42,441 nt of DNA, taken from positions 1 to 42,441 of the forward strand of contig JAFYLG010000071.1 of NCBI GenBank assembly GCA_017537225.1, read 5' to 3'. The notes beneath the pieces were generated by a model that was not told the DNA's origin, did not search any database, and saw nothing but the letters and a program-made list of their open reading frames with translations. Position 1 is the stretch's first letter; each line of letters starts with the position of its first letter. The DNA is from Lachnospiraceae bacterium. Lineage in GTDB: Bacteria; Bacillota; Clostridia; Lachnospirales; Lachnospiraceae. Position numbers and translations under genes: made by a program. Shown in pieces: positions 27,814 to 37,179 of this stretch.

Positions 27814-29505
27814 ATGACAGCTATTCTTATTATCGCATCTGCAATCGTTTTGCTGTTCATCGGCTATGTAACTTATGGCTCTTGGTTGGCAAAGCAGTGG
27901 GGAATTGACCCCTCCAAGAAAACTCCTGCCTACGAAATGGAGGATGGCGTTGACTACGTTGCCGCACCCGCAGCCGTATTGATGGGCCATCACTTCTCCT
28001 CCATCGCAGGCGCAGGTCCCATCAACGGTCCTATCCAGGCTTCCGTATTCGGTTGGGTTCCTGTATTCCTTTGGTGTGTAATCGGCGGTATCTTCTTTGG
28101 CGGTCTGCAGGACTACGGTTCTCTGTTCGCTTCCATCCGTAACGATGGTAAGTCCGTAGGTGAGATCATCAAGACTTCCATGGGCAAGCGTTCTCAGAAG
28201 CTCTTCATCGTTTTCGCTCTGCTGGTTCTGATCCTGGTTCTGGCTTCCTTCGTAAACGTAGTAGCCGGCACTTTCTTTACCGCTGACGCTACTTTTGCTA
28301 TCACCACCAATCCTACCGGTAATCAGACCACCGCGATGATCTCTGTACTGTTCATCCTGTTGGCTATTATCTATGGTATTGCTACCAACCGTTTTGGTGT
28401 TAAGACCGTTCCTGCTACCATCGCTGGTATCATCGGTATCGTTCTAATCACCATCCTGGGTCTGAATGTTGGTCTGGCTATGAACCGTACCACCTGGATC
28501 CTGCTGATCGGTGCTTACATCACCATCGCTTCCATCGTTCCTGTATGGATCCTGCTGCAGCCTCGTGACTACCTGTCCAGTTTCCTGCTGTACGCTATGA
28601 TGATCATCGCTGTTGTTGGTATCATCATGTCTGCCTTCACCGGCACTGCTACCTTCCAGATCCCTGCATTTACCGGCTGGTCCACCAAGATTGGTAATAT
28701 GTTCCCTGCTCTGTTTATCACCGTAGCCTGTGGTGCCTGCTCCGGTTTCCACAGCCTGATCTCCACCGGTACTTCTTCCAAGCAGATCGCTAACGAGAAG
28801 GACGCTAAGATCATCGGTTACGGTTCCATGCTGATCGAGTCCGCTTTGGGTATCGTTTCCCTGATCGCTGTTGGTATGGTATTTGATAAATACACTGCTG
28901 GCGGCTTCGGTTCTCCCGCTGCTGCTTTCGCAGCTGGTATCGGTATCATGTTCGGTGCCGAGACCACTTCCATCTATGGTACCATCTATGCTCTGCTGAC
29001 TCTGGCAGTTTCCGTATTTGCTCTGACCTCTCTGGACTCCGCTACTCGTCTGAGCCGTTTCATGTTCGCCGAGCTGTTCCTGAAGGAAGGCGAAGAGACT
29101 TACAAGGACGCTTCCGGCATCCGCAAGATCCTGACCAACCCTTGGTTCGCTACTCTGTTCATGGTAGCCATCGGTTGTATCCTGGGCGGCCTGAGCCTGA
29201 GCCAGATCTGGGGTCTGTTCGGTGCTGCTAACCAGCTGCTGGCCGGTATTGCTCTGATGGCAGTTGCTGCTTGGTTAGGCAATGTTGGCAAGAACAACAA
29301 GATGTTCTTTATCCCCATGGGATTCATGCTGATCGCTACTTTGACCTCTCTGATCCAGACCGTTATCAAGAAAGTACAGTTGGTTGGTGCCGGCGGTGCT
29401 GCTTGGGGCGACTGGTTCCAGATGCTGTTTGCTGCAGCTATGGCTATCCTGGCCGTATTCCTGGTAATCGAAGGCATCCAGACCTTTAAGAAGCAGAAGA
29501 AGTAA
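27814..29505 (+). CDS. cstA: Carbon starvation protein A family transporter (peptide/pyruvate)
   Basis: HHFSSIAGAGPINGPI and about 16 TM helices. 563 aa. RBS is AAGGAGAA. Confidence 0.9.
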   Translation: MTAILIIASAIVLLFIGYVTYGSWLAKQWGIDPSKKTPAYEMEDGVDYVAAPAAVLMGHHFSSIAGAGPINGPIQASVFGWVPVFLWCVIGGIFFGGLQDYGSLFASIRNDGKSVGEIIKTSMGKRSQKLFIVFALLVLILVLASFVNVVAGTFFTADATFAITTNPTGNQTTAMISVLFILLAIIYGIATNRFGVKTVPATIAGIIGIVLITILGLNVGLAMNRTTWILLIGAYITIASIVPVWILLQPRDYLSSFLLYAMMIIAVVGIIMSAFTGTATFQIPAFTGWSTKIGNMFPALFITVACGACSGFHSLISTGTSSKQIANEKDAKIIGYGSMLIESALGIVSLIAVGMVFDKYTAGGFGSPAAAFAAGIGIMFGAETTSIYGTIYALLTLAVSVFALTSLDSATRLSRFMFAELFLKEGEETYKDASGIRKILTNPWFATLFMVAIGCILGGLSLSQIWGLFGAANQLLAGIALMAVAAWLGNVGKNNKMFFIPMGFMLIATLTSLIQTVIKKVQLVGAGGAAWGDWFQMLFAAAMAILAVFLVIEGIQTFKKQKK

Positions 29506-29536
29506 TCTTCTCTTTTAAAATTACATACAAAATTTC

Positions 29537-29575
29537 AAAGGCCCATGCTAACTGTAGCATGGGCCTTTCTTTTAT
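29537..29575. terminator. Bidirectional intrinsic terminator between cstA and rluD
   Basis: A 14-bp stem AAAGGCCCATGCTA/TAGCATGGGCCTTT has a 4-nt loop and a T-run. Confidence 0.85.
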
Positions 29576-29591
29576 TATTTAAGACTTTGCT

Positions 29592-30512
29592 TTAAGACAT
29601 TTTACGAAGTTTCTCTAAAAGCTTCTCAAAATATTCCGGCAATGGTGCTGTAAATTCCACATACTCACCTGTCGTAGGATGATCAAAACCTAACACCATG
29701 GCATGCAGTGTCTGACCTTCCAAAGGAAAAGGACACTTGGCCGGACCATATAATTCATCTCCCACCAATGGATGTCCCAGTGAGGACATATGCACACGGA
29801 TCTGATGAGTACGCCCGGTCTCCAGCTGACATTCGATATAAGTATAGTTTTTAAAATTTTCCAGAACCTTATAATGAGTCACCGCAGGCTTCCCATTTTT
29901 CTCATTGATGGCCTGTTTCAGTCGATCCTTTTCGTTACGTCCGATAGGGGCATCTACAGTGCCTTCTGTGGCTTTGATATTGCCGTGTACAAGGGCTCGA
30001 TAGCGTCGGGTAATAGAATGTACCTTAAGCTGCTCTGCAAGGGAATTATGGGCGTTATCGTTCTTACAAACCACAATAACACCTGTAGTATCCTTATCGA
30101 TACGATGGACGATCCCGGGGCGTAAAACGCCGTTGATACCAGACAGATTTCCCTGACAATGATGCATCAGGCCATTGACCAGCGTATCATCGGTATGACC
30201 GGCTGCAGGATGAACCACCATTCCCTTGGGCTTATTGATCAGGATCACATCTTCATCTTCGTATAGGATGTCCAGATCCATGGCACGAGCTTCGACTTCC
30301 AGTTTTACAGGATCCGGCAGCTCCAGGCAGATCTGATCGTTAGTTCGTACTTTATAATTACTCTTAGCAATCTTCTCGCCCACATAAACAGCGCCGTCCT
30401 TCAGTAATTTCTGCAGGTAAGAACGGCTCTGGCCTTCCATATGTTCTGTCAAAAAAAGGTCGATGCGTTGGCCTTCCGACGACGCATCGACGATGAATGT
30501 AAATTCTTGCAT
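29592..30512 (-). CDS. rluD: RluA-family 23S rRNA pseudouridine synthase (RluD-like) with S4 domain
   Basis: HRIDKDTTGVIV catalytic Asp motif. An N-terminal S4 region is present. TGRTHQIRVH is also present. Confidence 0.85.
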   Translation of the reverse strand: MQEFTFIVDASSEGQRIDLFLTEHMEGQSRSYLQKLLKDGAVYVGEKIAKSNYKVRTNDQICLELPDPVKLEVEARAMDLDILYEDEDVILINKPKGMVVHPAAGHTDDTLVNGLMHHCQGNLSGINGVLRPGIVHRIDKDTTGVIVVCKNDNAHNSLAEQLKVHSITRRYRALVHGNIKATEGTVDAPIGRNEKDRLKQAINEKNGKPAVTHYKVLENFKNYTYIECQLETGRTHQIRVHMSSLGHPLVGDELYGPAKCPFPLEGQTLHAMVLGFDHPTTGEYVEFTAPLPEYFEKLLEKLRKMS

Positions 30513-30559
30513 CCTTCATTCCTTTTCTTTGAAACACACAAATAAGCGTGTTTCTTCTT

Positions 30560-31081
30560 TTACTCTGCGTTGCTCTCCTGTTTGTCATTTTTTCCGAAAA
30601 ACTCCAAATCTTCTTCCTTATAGAAAAAAAACATTAAAAACATAAATACAAAGCAGGATACCGTGATATAGATATCAGCCACATTGAAGATTGGAAAATT
30701 GATCAGCTTAAAGTATAAGAAATCGATTACATACTCTAAATACAAACGATCAATAAAATTACCCAATGCACCAGCCGTCACAGAGACACACATTGCCAAC
30801 AAAGGCAGATTCTTCTTGGTGGCCGGGATCTTATGGTAGCAATACAAAATCGCTGCCAGAACCAGGCAAGTTGAAATGATAAAGAAAATACGCTGATTCT
30901 GCAAAATGCCAAAGGCAGCACCTTTATTAATGGAATAACGTAACTCAAAGACACCGTCCCAAATCACATGAGGGCCAGCCGTCAAATGCTCCTGTGCCAG
31001 CTGTTTCGTCCATTGATCAAACCATACCAACAGCGCTACCGCTAGAGCACCTAAGCCATATTTCTTTCCTTGATTTTTCAT
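30560..31081 (-). CDS. lspA: Lipoprotein signal peptidase II
   Basis: NKGAAFG and FNVADIYI motifs, four TM helices. Confidence 0.9.
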   Translation of the reverse strand: MKNQGKKYGLGALAVALLVWFDQWTKQLAQEHLTAGPHVIWDGVFELRYSINKGAAFGILQNQRIFFIISTCLVLAAILYCYHKIPATKKNLPLLAMCVSVTAGALGNFIDRLYLEYVIDFLYFKLINFPIFNVADIYITVSCFVFMFLMFFFYKEEDLEFFGKNDKQESNAE

Positions 31082-31095
31082 GTTTCGTCAATTCC

Positions 31096-31626
31096 TTAGA
31101 TGTTAATATTGAACGTGGACATGCTATCCAAAGTACCGCCTAACAGCTCCTGAAAATCGCCGGACAACTCTACAGACTGAGGAGTCACGATGAAAATATA
31201 GTTGGAGATCTTCTGAAGATTACCGTTGATAGAGTAGCAAGCACCGCTGGTGAAGTCAATAATACGCTGAGCGATATCCATGTTGATACCTTCCAGATTG
31301 ATCACAACCGCACGACCAGCCAGCAAGGTATCACAAATCTCTCTGCCCTCTTCTACGGTCTTAGGACGGATCATGCATACCTCCAGACTGCGAGGCTGAC
31401 GCATGGAAACTACATTAGCAGGCTGAGAACGCTTGCGCAGAGGGGATAAAGGCTTCTCTTCAGGCACCTCATTAAATTCTTCTACAACAGGCTCTTTTAC
31501 CTTTTTTGCAGGCTTGGCAGGCTTTACAGGCTCCTCGTCAAACTCCTCATCAAAGTCTAACTCATCATCAAACTCATCATCATTCAGCTTCATGGAATCC
31601 AAAATTTTATCGATAAACTTTGCCAT
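31096..31626 (-). CDS. sepF: Cell division protein SepF
   Basis: The conserved C-terminal domain is VVINLEGINMDIAQRIIDFTSGACYSINGNLQKIS. An acidic low-complexity linker precedes it. Confidence 0.9.
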   Translation of the reverse strand: MAKFIDKILDSMKLNDDEFDDELDFDEEFDEEPVKPAKPAKKVKEPVVEEFNEVPEEKPLSPLRKRSQPANVVSMRQPRSLEVCMIRPKTVEEGREICDTLLAGRAVVINLEGINMDIAQRIIDFTSGACYSINGNLQKISNYIFIVTPQSVELSGDFQELLGGTLDSMSTFNINI

Positions 31627-31658
31627 TGTTTTTCTCTCCCTAGTTATTTATTACATCT

Positions 31659-31687
31659 ATTATCGGCTTTTTTGCCGGATAAGTCAA
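31659..31687 (-). promoter_or_regulatory. Candidate sigma-A promoter of sepF-lspA-rluD
   Basis: On the minus strand: TTGACT, 17 nt, GATAAT. Confidence 0.4.
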
Positions 31688-31748
31688 TACAGAATTTGCT
31701 TCAAATACATTTTTTTGCATCCTGCAATTTGCCCGGATAACCCCGGGA

Positions 31749-33140
31749 TCAATAGTAAATAATATCTCCTTCTGCTACCATATCACTATTCAAAATAATA
31801 TGATCATAGGCAGAAATCCCACTGTCCAAAGGAGAAACAATGAGATACTCATCGCTTTCCTCTAAGATATGGATCTTACGAAATACCGTGTATCCTTTAT
31901 TTACATTGTATACGCCAGGCAGATTAACCGTCTGAGACAGCTGAAAACGGTCGTTAGAATCCATCTTAACTACATGAAGCCCTGCCTTGAATTTCGAAGA
32001 ATCCAAATAGCAATACTCTTCATCATTAATAATAGTCAACGCATCTGCTTTTTGTACCGTCATCGTGCCGTCCTCTGCATAAACCTCAATCAGAAATTCT
32101 TTGCCATCGGTCACATACTCTTTAGGTACACGATAAAAATTCTTATAAACCACGCTGGACTGAGGAATCTTTAATCCGGTCAGATTCTCCACGTGGATCT
32201 GCACATTGATATAGCGTTTATTGACAAACTGGATCATATATTTTTGGAACGTCAGTTTACCGTACGTATTACCATCTGCGCCTATGTACATCTCAAAGGG
32301 ACCGGATAATTCCTGCGCCGAACCCTTTACCGTCAAATTCATTCGTTCAACACCCTGGAAACGATTTACATCAGCTTCTTTCATAGGGAATACAATGTGC
32401 CAGGTCTCGCTTTGGATGGTGCGATACACAGGTGTACCGCTTTCTACACCCTGTCCGCTTCCTAATATCTTTTTAGGGTATGCTGAGGAATCAAAATGCT
32501 CCGCCTTGATCTGTTCTGGTGATAACCCCTCCAGACCGTCCAAAATGGCAGATACCACACCACTTTTGGCAGCATAAGCTTTAACAAAATTGGCTGTGTC
32601 CTGAGAGTTCAGTTGCCCTGCCAACTCTTCTAACGCATTGGCATTGACATACTCCAACAAAGAAGACTGCATGCTGCTCTTCATATCGTATACTTCCGCA
32701 AAATCCATAGGATCATAGGACAGAGAAAATTGCGCAGCTTCTGCTTTAAACTCCTGAAGATCTTCAGATGGTAAACTGCTCTCTCCGGTATTTTGATCAA
32801 ATAATTCCAACATTTTTCCTGTTTCATCGATCGTATATACCAGATCACCTTTTCCTACTTTGCGTCCGTCACGAATATAATAATTTATATATCCGGTAGT
32901 ATCTGCAGTAGATACAGTCTCATCACGCAAAATCAGCGCAGTATAGTCTGCATAGGCAGAATCGGTCAACGTGCCCTCTGCTACCTCATAAATATGAACT
33001 TCTTCTTTGCCCATATAGATGACTACACTGGCTACCAAATACACAAAAATAAAGGCGAAGATAACTACGCCAACATTCAGATTTAATGGTTTGCGATATG
33101 TAGTTACCTTCGAATTTTTCTTCGAATGTGTCTTCGCCAT
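31749..33140 (-). CDS. N-terminally anchored HlyD/membrane-fusion-protein-like protein
   Basis: 463 aa with a single N-terminal TM helix. It has a lipoyl-like hairpin YIRDGRKVGKGDLVYTID with a matching C-terminal half, DMVAEGDIIYY. The family call is by eye. Confidence 0.55.
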   Translation of the reverse strand: MAKTHSKKNSKVTTYRKPLNLNVGVVIFAFIFVYLVASVVIYMGKEEVHIYEVAEGTLTDSAYADYTALILRDETVSTADTTGYINYYIRDGRKVGKGDLVYTIDETGKMLELFDQNTGESSLPSEDLQEFKAEAAQFSLSYDPMDFAEVYDMKSSMQSSLLEYVNANALEELAGQLNSQDTANFVKAYAAKSGVVSAILDGLEGLSPEQIKAEHFDSSAYPKKILGSGQGVESGTPVYRTIQSETWHIVFPMKEADVNRFQGVERMNLTVKGSAQELSGPFEMYIGADGNTYGKLTFQKYMIQFVNKRYINVQIHVENLTGLKIPQSSVVYKNFYRVPKEYVTDGKEFLIEVYAEDGTMTVQKADALTIINDEEYCYLDSSKFKAGLHVVKMDSNDRFQLSQTVNLPGVYNVNKGYTVFRKIHILEESDEYLIVSPLDSGISAYDHIILNSDMVAEGDIIYY

Positions 33141-33260
33141 GTTGCTCCTCTTATTATCAAATTACAGGCCAAGCCCCGTCAATTTTTAAATATCTATTCT
33201 TCTATTATAATAGAAACCACACCAAAATACAACCTACATTTTTATTACGAAAAGAATCTC

Positions 33261-33289
33261 TTGATGATTTTTCACAGATAGAGTATACT
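33261..33289 (+). promoter_or_regulatory. Sigma-A type promoter for the hicB-like gene
   Basis: TTGATG, 17 nt, TATACT. Confidence 0.45.
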
Positions 33290-33374
33290 ATCTACAATAT
33301 GACAAACCCATTGTCTGACGATTCGTTTCAACTCGAATGTCCATCGATATTATATTCATTTCAGGAGGATCCTT

Positions 33375-33653
33375 ATGAAATTTGTTTACCCCGCTATATT
33401 CCACAAAACTGAAAATGGTACCTATCATGGTTACTTTCCTGATTTGGCATGCTGTTATGCTGAAGGCGAAACCCTGGAAGATGCTGTAGATAACGCAAAC
33501 GAGGCAGCCCGCACCTGGATCCAGGTAGAACTGGAAGACGATGATTGCAATCTTCCCTCTATCACTGATCCTCAGGATATGGATCTAAAACCTGGTGATA
33601 TTGTAAGAAACATTGCCGTTACCATCAAATTTTATGAAGGTTGGGATGAATAA
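33375..33653 (+). CDS. HicB-like (UPF0150) antitoxin-fold protein, no DNA-binding tail
   Basis: MKFVYPAIFHKTENGTYHGYFPDLACCYAEGETLEDAVDNANEA is typical of the HicB N-terminal fold. RBS is AGGAGG. Confidence 0.7.
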   Translation: MKFVYPAIFHKTENGTYHGYFPDLACCYAEGETLEDAVDNANEAARTWIQVELEDDDCNLPSITDPQDMDLKPGDIVRNIAVTIKFYEGWDE

Positions 33654-33669
33654 AATTCATATTGTGTTT

Positions 33670-33704
33670 AAAAAAATATGCTTGTATAAAGCATATTTTT
33701 TTTA
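33670..33704 (+). terminator. AT-rich intrinsic terminator after the hicB-like gene
   Basis: AAAAAAATATGCTT, GTAT, AAGCATATTTTTTT. Confidence 0.6.
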
Positions 33705-33747
33705 TATTCCTCCATACTAAAAACAGAAATGCGTAAGGAGGCATACT

Positions 33748-33960
33748 ATGAATACCAAAGGTTTAGATTATTTTGCTTTGGCCATCGCTATCATTGGCTG
33801 TGTCAATTGGGGACTGATCGGTTTCTTTCAGTTTAACCTGGTTACATTTCTCTTTGGCGAAATGACCTTACTCTCCCGGATCGTTTATGCTCTGGTGGGC
33901 ATCTCCGGTCTCTATGTGATCAGCATGTTTGGTCGGATCCATTCCGCAGGCGACCTGTAA
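33748..33960 (+). CDS. DUF378-like small membrane protein
   Basis: 70 aa with two TM helices, LAIAIIGCVNWGLIGFFQFNLV. RBS is AAGGAGG. Confidence 0.7.
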   Translation: MNTKGLDYFALAIAIIGCVNWGLIGFFQFNLVTFLFGEMTLLSRIVYALVGISGLYVISMFGRIHSAGDL

Positions 33961-33997
33961 GTAGTCGTTTGTAAGTAACTTTTTGTAAATACAACAA

Positions 33998-34021
33998 GGG
34001 GCCTTTGTCTCCAAAGGCCCC
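33998..34021. terminator. GC-rich hairpin between convergent genes
   Basis: GGGGCCTTTG, TCTC, CAAAGGCCCC. There is no strong U-tract on either side. Confidence 0.55.
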
Positions 34022-34052
34022 AGTGTATTCCAGGTAATAAAAGCAATATTTC

Positions 34053-34475
34053 TTACAGAGATACGGAAATACGTCCGTTAGCATTCTTAGGCAGATCCTG
34101 AGCATCTCTGGAAACGCTCAATACGAAATCAATACCATACTTCTCACCCAGAGTCTTGAAATCTTCAACAGCCTGAGTCAAATCTTCAACCTCTTCCAGA
34201 TGAGCCACAGTCAGGAAGCTATCCAGGTAAATGGCCTCCAGGTCGTGATCCTGAGAAATGATACCACATACAAAACCTACAAAAGCATTATAAGAACGGA
34301 TGGGGTACTCGGCTACGTTGATCAGACGAACCTTATTGGACAGTTCGTACATATGCTTGCCATTCTTGTCGATATAAACGATGGAACCATTTGCCTTTTC
34401 TACACGCTCGTTGGCTCCTGCAAGCAGATACTTAGTCTTACCCTTACCCTTTTTTCCTGCAATAATCTGAATCAT
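34053..34475 (-). CDS. Small (140 aa) P-loop NTPase-like protein of unknown function
   Basis: Walker A-like AGKKGKGKT at residues 6-14 and Walker B-like AIYLDSF. Strong RBS AAAGGAGGAG. Confidence 0.6.
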   Translation of the reverse strand: MIQIIAGKKGKGKTKYLLAGANERVEKANGSIVYIDKNGKHMYELSNKVRLINVAEYPIRSYNAFVGFVCGIISQDHDLEAIYLDSFLTVAHLEEVEDLTQAVEDFKTLGEKYGIDFVLSVSRDAQDLPKNANGRISVSL

Positions 34476-34575
34476 ATTGCTTCTCCTCCTTTATGTTTCC
34501 TATGTCATGTCTACGTTAAGACGATGAGTCTTCCGTTGAAAATATTATAGTACATAATACCAAATTATTCAATGC

Positions 34576-35595
34576 TTAATTCGCAATTTTTGAAAATAAT
34601 GCATTAAGATTGTAATACAACTTATCTCTGGATGGGGATTTTAATACCACAGAGATATATTCTTTGTCCTGAGTGTCACGGCTATACAGAACCATGCAGT
34701 ATTTGGCTGCAGAAGTAGTACCTGTCTTGCCTCCTACTACGGTAATGCCCTCAGGAGCGGATACATTGCCGTTGGCATACCATGTACCAGCACTCCAGGT
34801 CTTAGATTTTTCGCTGCCGCCGGCGCCACGATAATGTGCTGTATGTTCCGGTGCGGAAATGATAGATACAAACTGAGGATCCTGAATGGCAGCATTGACG
34901 ATCAAATACAGATCATACGCTGTAGTATAATGCTGATCATGAGTCAAACCATGAGCGTTGACAAAATGGGTACCTGTGGCTCCCAGCTCCCATGCCATCT
35001 CATTCATCAAAGCTGCAAAGCCCTCTTCTGTGCCACCAATGGTCAAAGCAATGGCTTGTGCAGCATCGTTACCGGAAACCATCAGCATACCGTACAACAG
35101 ATCCTTCATGGCGATCTTATCACCGCCCTTAAGACCAGCGACAGAGGAAGCAGGATCCAGATCCAACATAGTATCGGTAATCGTCACTTCCTGGCTCAAA
35201 TCGCCGTATTTAGCGGCTACCAGATAAGTCATGACCTTGGTAGTGCTGGCAGGATTCAGGCGATCAAAAGCCTTTTGATCATAAACAACTTCCTCATCAG
35301 AAATATTAAAGATCAATGCCGCGCCTGCATCCAAGGCATCCTCTGGCTGACCGGATTCTGCTAAAACACACAGATCCGAAGCAAAGAGCGTAGTATCGAT
35401 CTGAAAGCTCCGAGAAATATTGGCAGCCTGGTTTTCTGCTTCGTAAGGTTTTAGCAAAGTGACTTCATCTTTACGGAACAGCAAAAACACTAAAACCACA
35501 GCAACCACGACCAGCGCACCGGCAATCAGTTTAGGCAGATATATATTAAAACTGCCTCTTCTGCTTCTGCGTCGTCTTCTCTTTGTAGCTTTCAT
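34576..35595 (-). CDS. Serine-type D-Ala-D-Ala carboxypeptidase (PBP5/S11 family), N-terminally anchored
   Basis: SxxK is ASTTK, SxN is SGND, KTG is GKTGTT. It has a basic N-tail plus a TM helix. Confidence 0.85.
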   Translation of the reverse strand: MKATKRRRRRSRRGSFNIYLPKLIAGALVVVAVVLVFLLFRKDEVTLLKPYEAENQAANISRSFQIDTTLFASDLCVLAESGQPEDALDAGAALIFNISDEEVVYDQKAFDRLNPASTTKVMTYLVAAKYGDLSQEVTITDTMLDLDPASSVAGLKGGDKIAMKDLLYGMLMVSGNDAAQAIALTIGGTEEGFAALMNEMAWELGATGTHFVNAHGLTHDQHYTTAYDLYLIVNAAIQDPQFVSIISAPEHTAHYRGAGGSEKSKTWSAGTWYANGNVSAPEGITVVGGKTGTTSAAKYCMVLYSRDTQDKEYISVVLKSPSRDKLYYNLNALFSKIAN

Positions 35596-35606
35596 CTCAC
35601 ATCCTC

Positions 35607-36002
35607 CTATCGGTACATATCACGCCACTCCAAATCTCCACGATCCAGAGCCTTGATCATAAGTTCTGCTGTCGCCAGATTAGTGGCAACAGGTATATTA
35701 TAGGTATCACAAAGCATAATAGCCTTAAACATATCTGGTTCGTGAGACTTGCGATGCTTTGGATCGCGCAGAAAAATCACCATATCGATGGCATTCTGCT
35801 CGATGGCTGCTGCCATCTGCTGTTCTCCTCCCAAATGACCAGCTAAAAATTTGTGTACATTTAAATTGGTCGCCTCCTCAATGAGACGACCGGTAGTGCC
35901 AGTAGCATAAAGCTCGTGTTTAGTCAGAATGGCACGATAGGCCACACATAGATTTTGCATCAATTTCTTTTTGGTGTCATGTGCGATCAGTCCTACTCTC
36001 AT
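35607..36002 (-). CDS. mgsA: Methylglyoxal synthase
   Basis: MRVGLIAHDTKK...TGTTG...GGEQQ, 131 aa. Confidence 0.9.
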   Translation of the reverse strand: MRVGLIAHDTKKKLMQNLCVAYRAILTKHELYATGTTGRLIEEATNLNVHKFLAGHLGGEQQMAAAIEQNAIDMVIFLRDPKHRKSHEPDMFKAIMLCDTYNIPVATNLATAELMIKALDRGDLEWRDMYR

Positions 36003-36014
36003 AGGTACCCCCTT

Positions 36015-37151
36015 TTACATATTCTCTCTTTTTCGTTGAAGCCCTACATTTAATACTAAACCCATACCTATCATTAAACTCAGCAGGGAACTAAGTCCCG
36101 CACTGATAAAAGGCAGTGGCAATCCGGTGTTAGGAAGCAAACGTGTTGCTACACCGATATTGACAAATGCCTGGAATGCGATCAGGCTCCCCATACCCAT
36201 GCAGATCAGACGACCGGCCAGATCTTTGGCACGAATCGCTAACCATATGCATTCCAGCACCAACAGCACAAATAGTGCGATGATGACAACACTGCCGTAA
36301 AAGCCTATCTCCTCACCGATAACGGCGAAAATAAAATCACAATCTTCTTCCGATAAAAAGTTGCCGTTCTTTACCGACTCCAGGGTGGTATTAAATAATC
36401 CCTTACCATGGAGCTGACCGGATGCAATAGCCTGTACCGAATATCGTACCTGACGAGTCAGATCGGCAGATACCTGCTCTGGATGGAGCCAAGCTGTAAT
36501 ACGGTTCATCTGGTAGCCCTGTAAAATGCCTTGCTCCGGCTGCAGCAAGCTATATACCAGCACACCGCCTACAGGCAGACATGCTGCCAACACACCCAAC
36601 ACCCATTTATAGCTAATACCAGATATATAAACCAGTACCACGAATACAAAAGTAATAACCAGGGTAGTAGACAAATTTGGCTGTTTAAACACCAATAAAG
36701 CAATCACACCGTAGAGAGCCACTGCCCCCATGATCACCGGCAGAGAACTTACTTTATCTTTAAACCGATTATAATAACTGGCCAGGCAAAGAATCAAACC
36801 GATCTTGGCAAATTCGGAAGGCTGGATCTGGACAGGACCCAAGTCCAGCCATCTGGTCGCTGTCTCTTTTCCGGCACCCATATCTGTAAACAATACAGCC
36901 ACCAACAAACCTACGCATCCAAGATATATCACCGGCCAAATCTTCAACCAAAAATGATAATCTACCAAAGACACAAACAGCATCAGTACACTGCCAATAG
37001 CTATACCCAGCAGCTTTTTATCTACCGCGTCACCCGTAGAATTCATAGTGGCACTCTTGACAAAAATCACTCCGGCAATCAGCAGTAAAATCACATACAA
37101 CAGCAATCGGAAGTTAAAATAACGAAGTCGATATTCTTCGAATTTAAACAT
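36015..37151 (-). CDS. rodA: SEDS-family peptidoglycan glycosyltransferase RodA
   Basis: FtsW/RodA/SpoVE motifs QPSEFAK and LPNTGLPLPFIS. Its context sits between minE and PBP2. Confidence 0.85.
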   Translation of the reverse strand: MFKFEEYRLRYFNFRLLLYVILLLIAGVIFVKSATMNSTGDAVDKKLLGIAIGSVLMLFVSLVDYHFWLKIWPVIYLGCVGLLVAVLFTDMGAGKETATRWLDLGPVQIQPSEFAKIGLILCLASYYNRFKDKVSSLPVIMGAVALYGVIALLVFKQPNLSTTLVITFVFVVLVYISGISYKWVLGVLAACLPVGGVLVYSLLQPEQGILQGYQMNRITAWLHPEQVSADLTRQVRYSVQAIASGQLHGKGLFNTTLESVKNGNFLSEEDCDFIFAVIGEEIGFYGSVVIIALFVLLVLECIWLAIRAKDLAGRLICMGMGSLIAFQAFVNIGVATRLLPNTGLPLPFISAGLSSLLSLMIGMGLVLNVGLQRKRENM

Positions 37152-37179
37152 GAAACCGCCTTACTTTTATAAATAATAC

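Noticed and set aside
31520-31610. Apparent GA(T/C)GA-rich tandem repetition
   Set aside because: This is coding low complexity, the acidic DDEFDDELDFDEEFDEE linker of SepF, not a DNA repeat element.
33128-33412. 94-aa ORF upstream of hicB considered as a HicA toxin candidate
   Set aside because: It has no HicA-like motifs, overlaps the start of the HlyD-like gene and the hicB promoter, and has no RBS.
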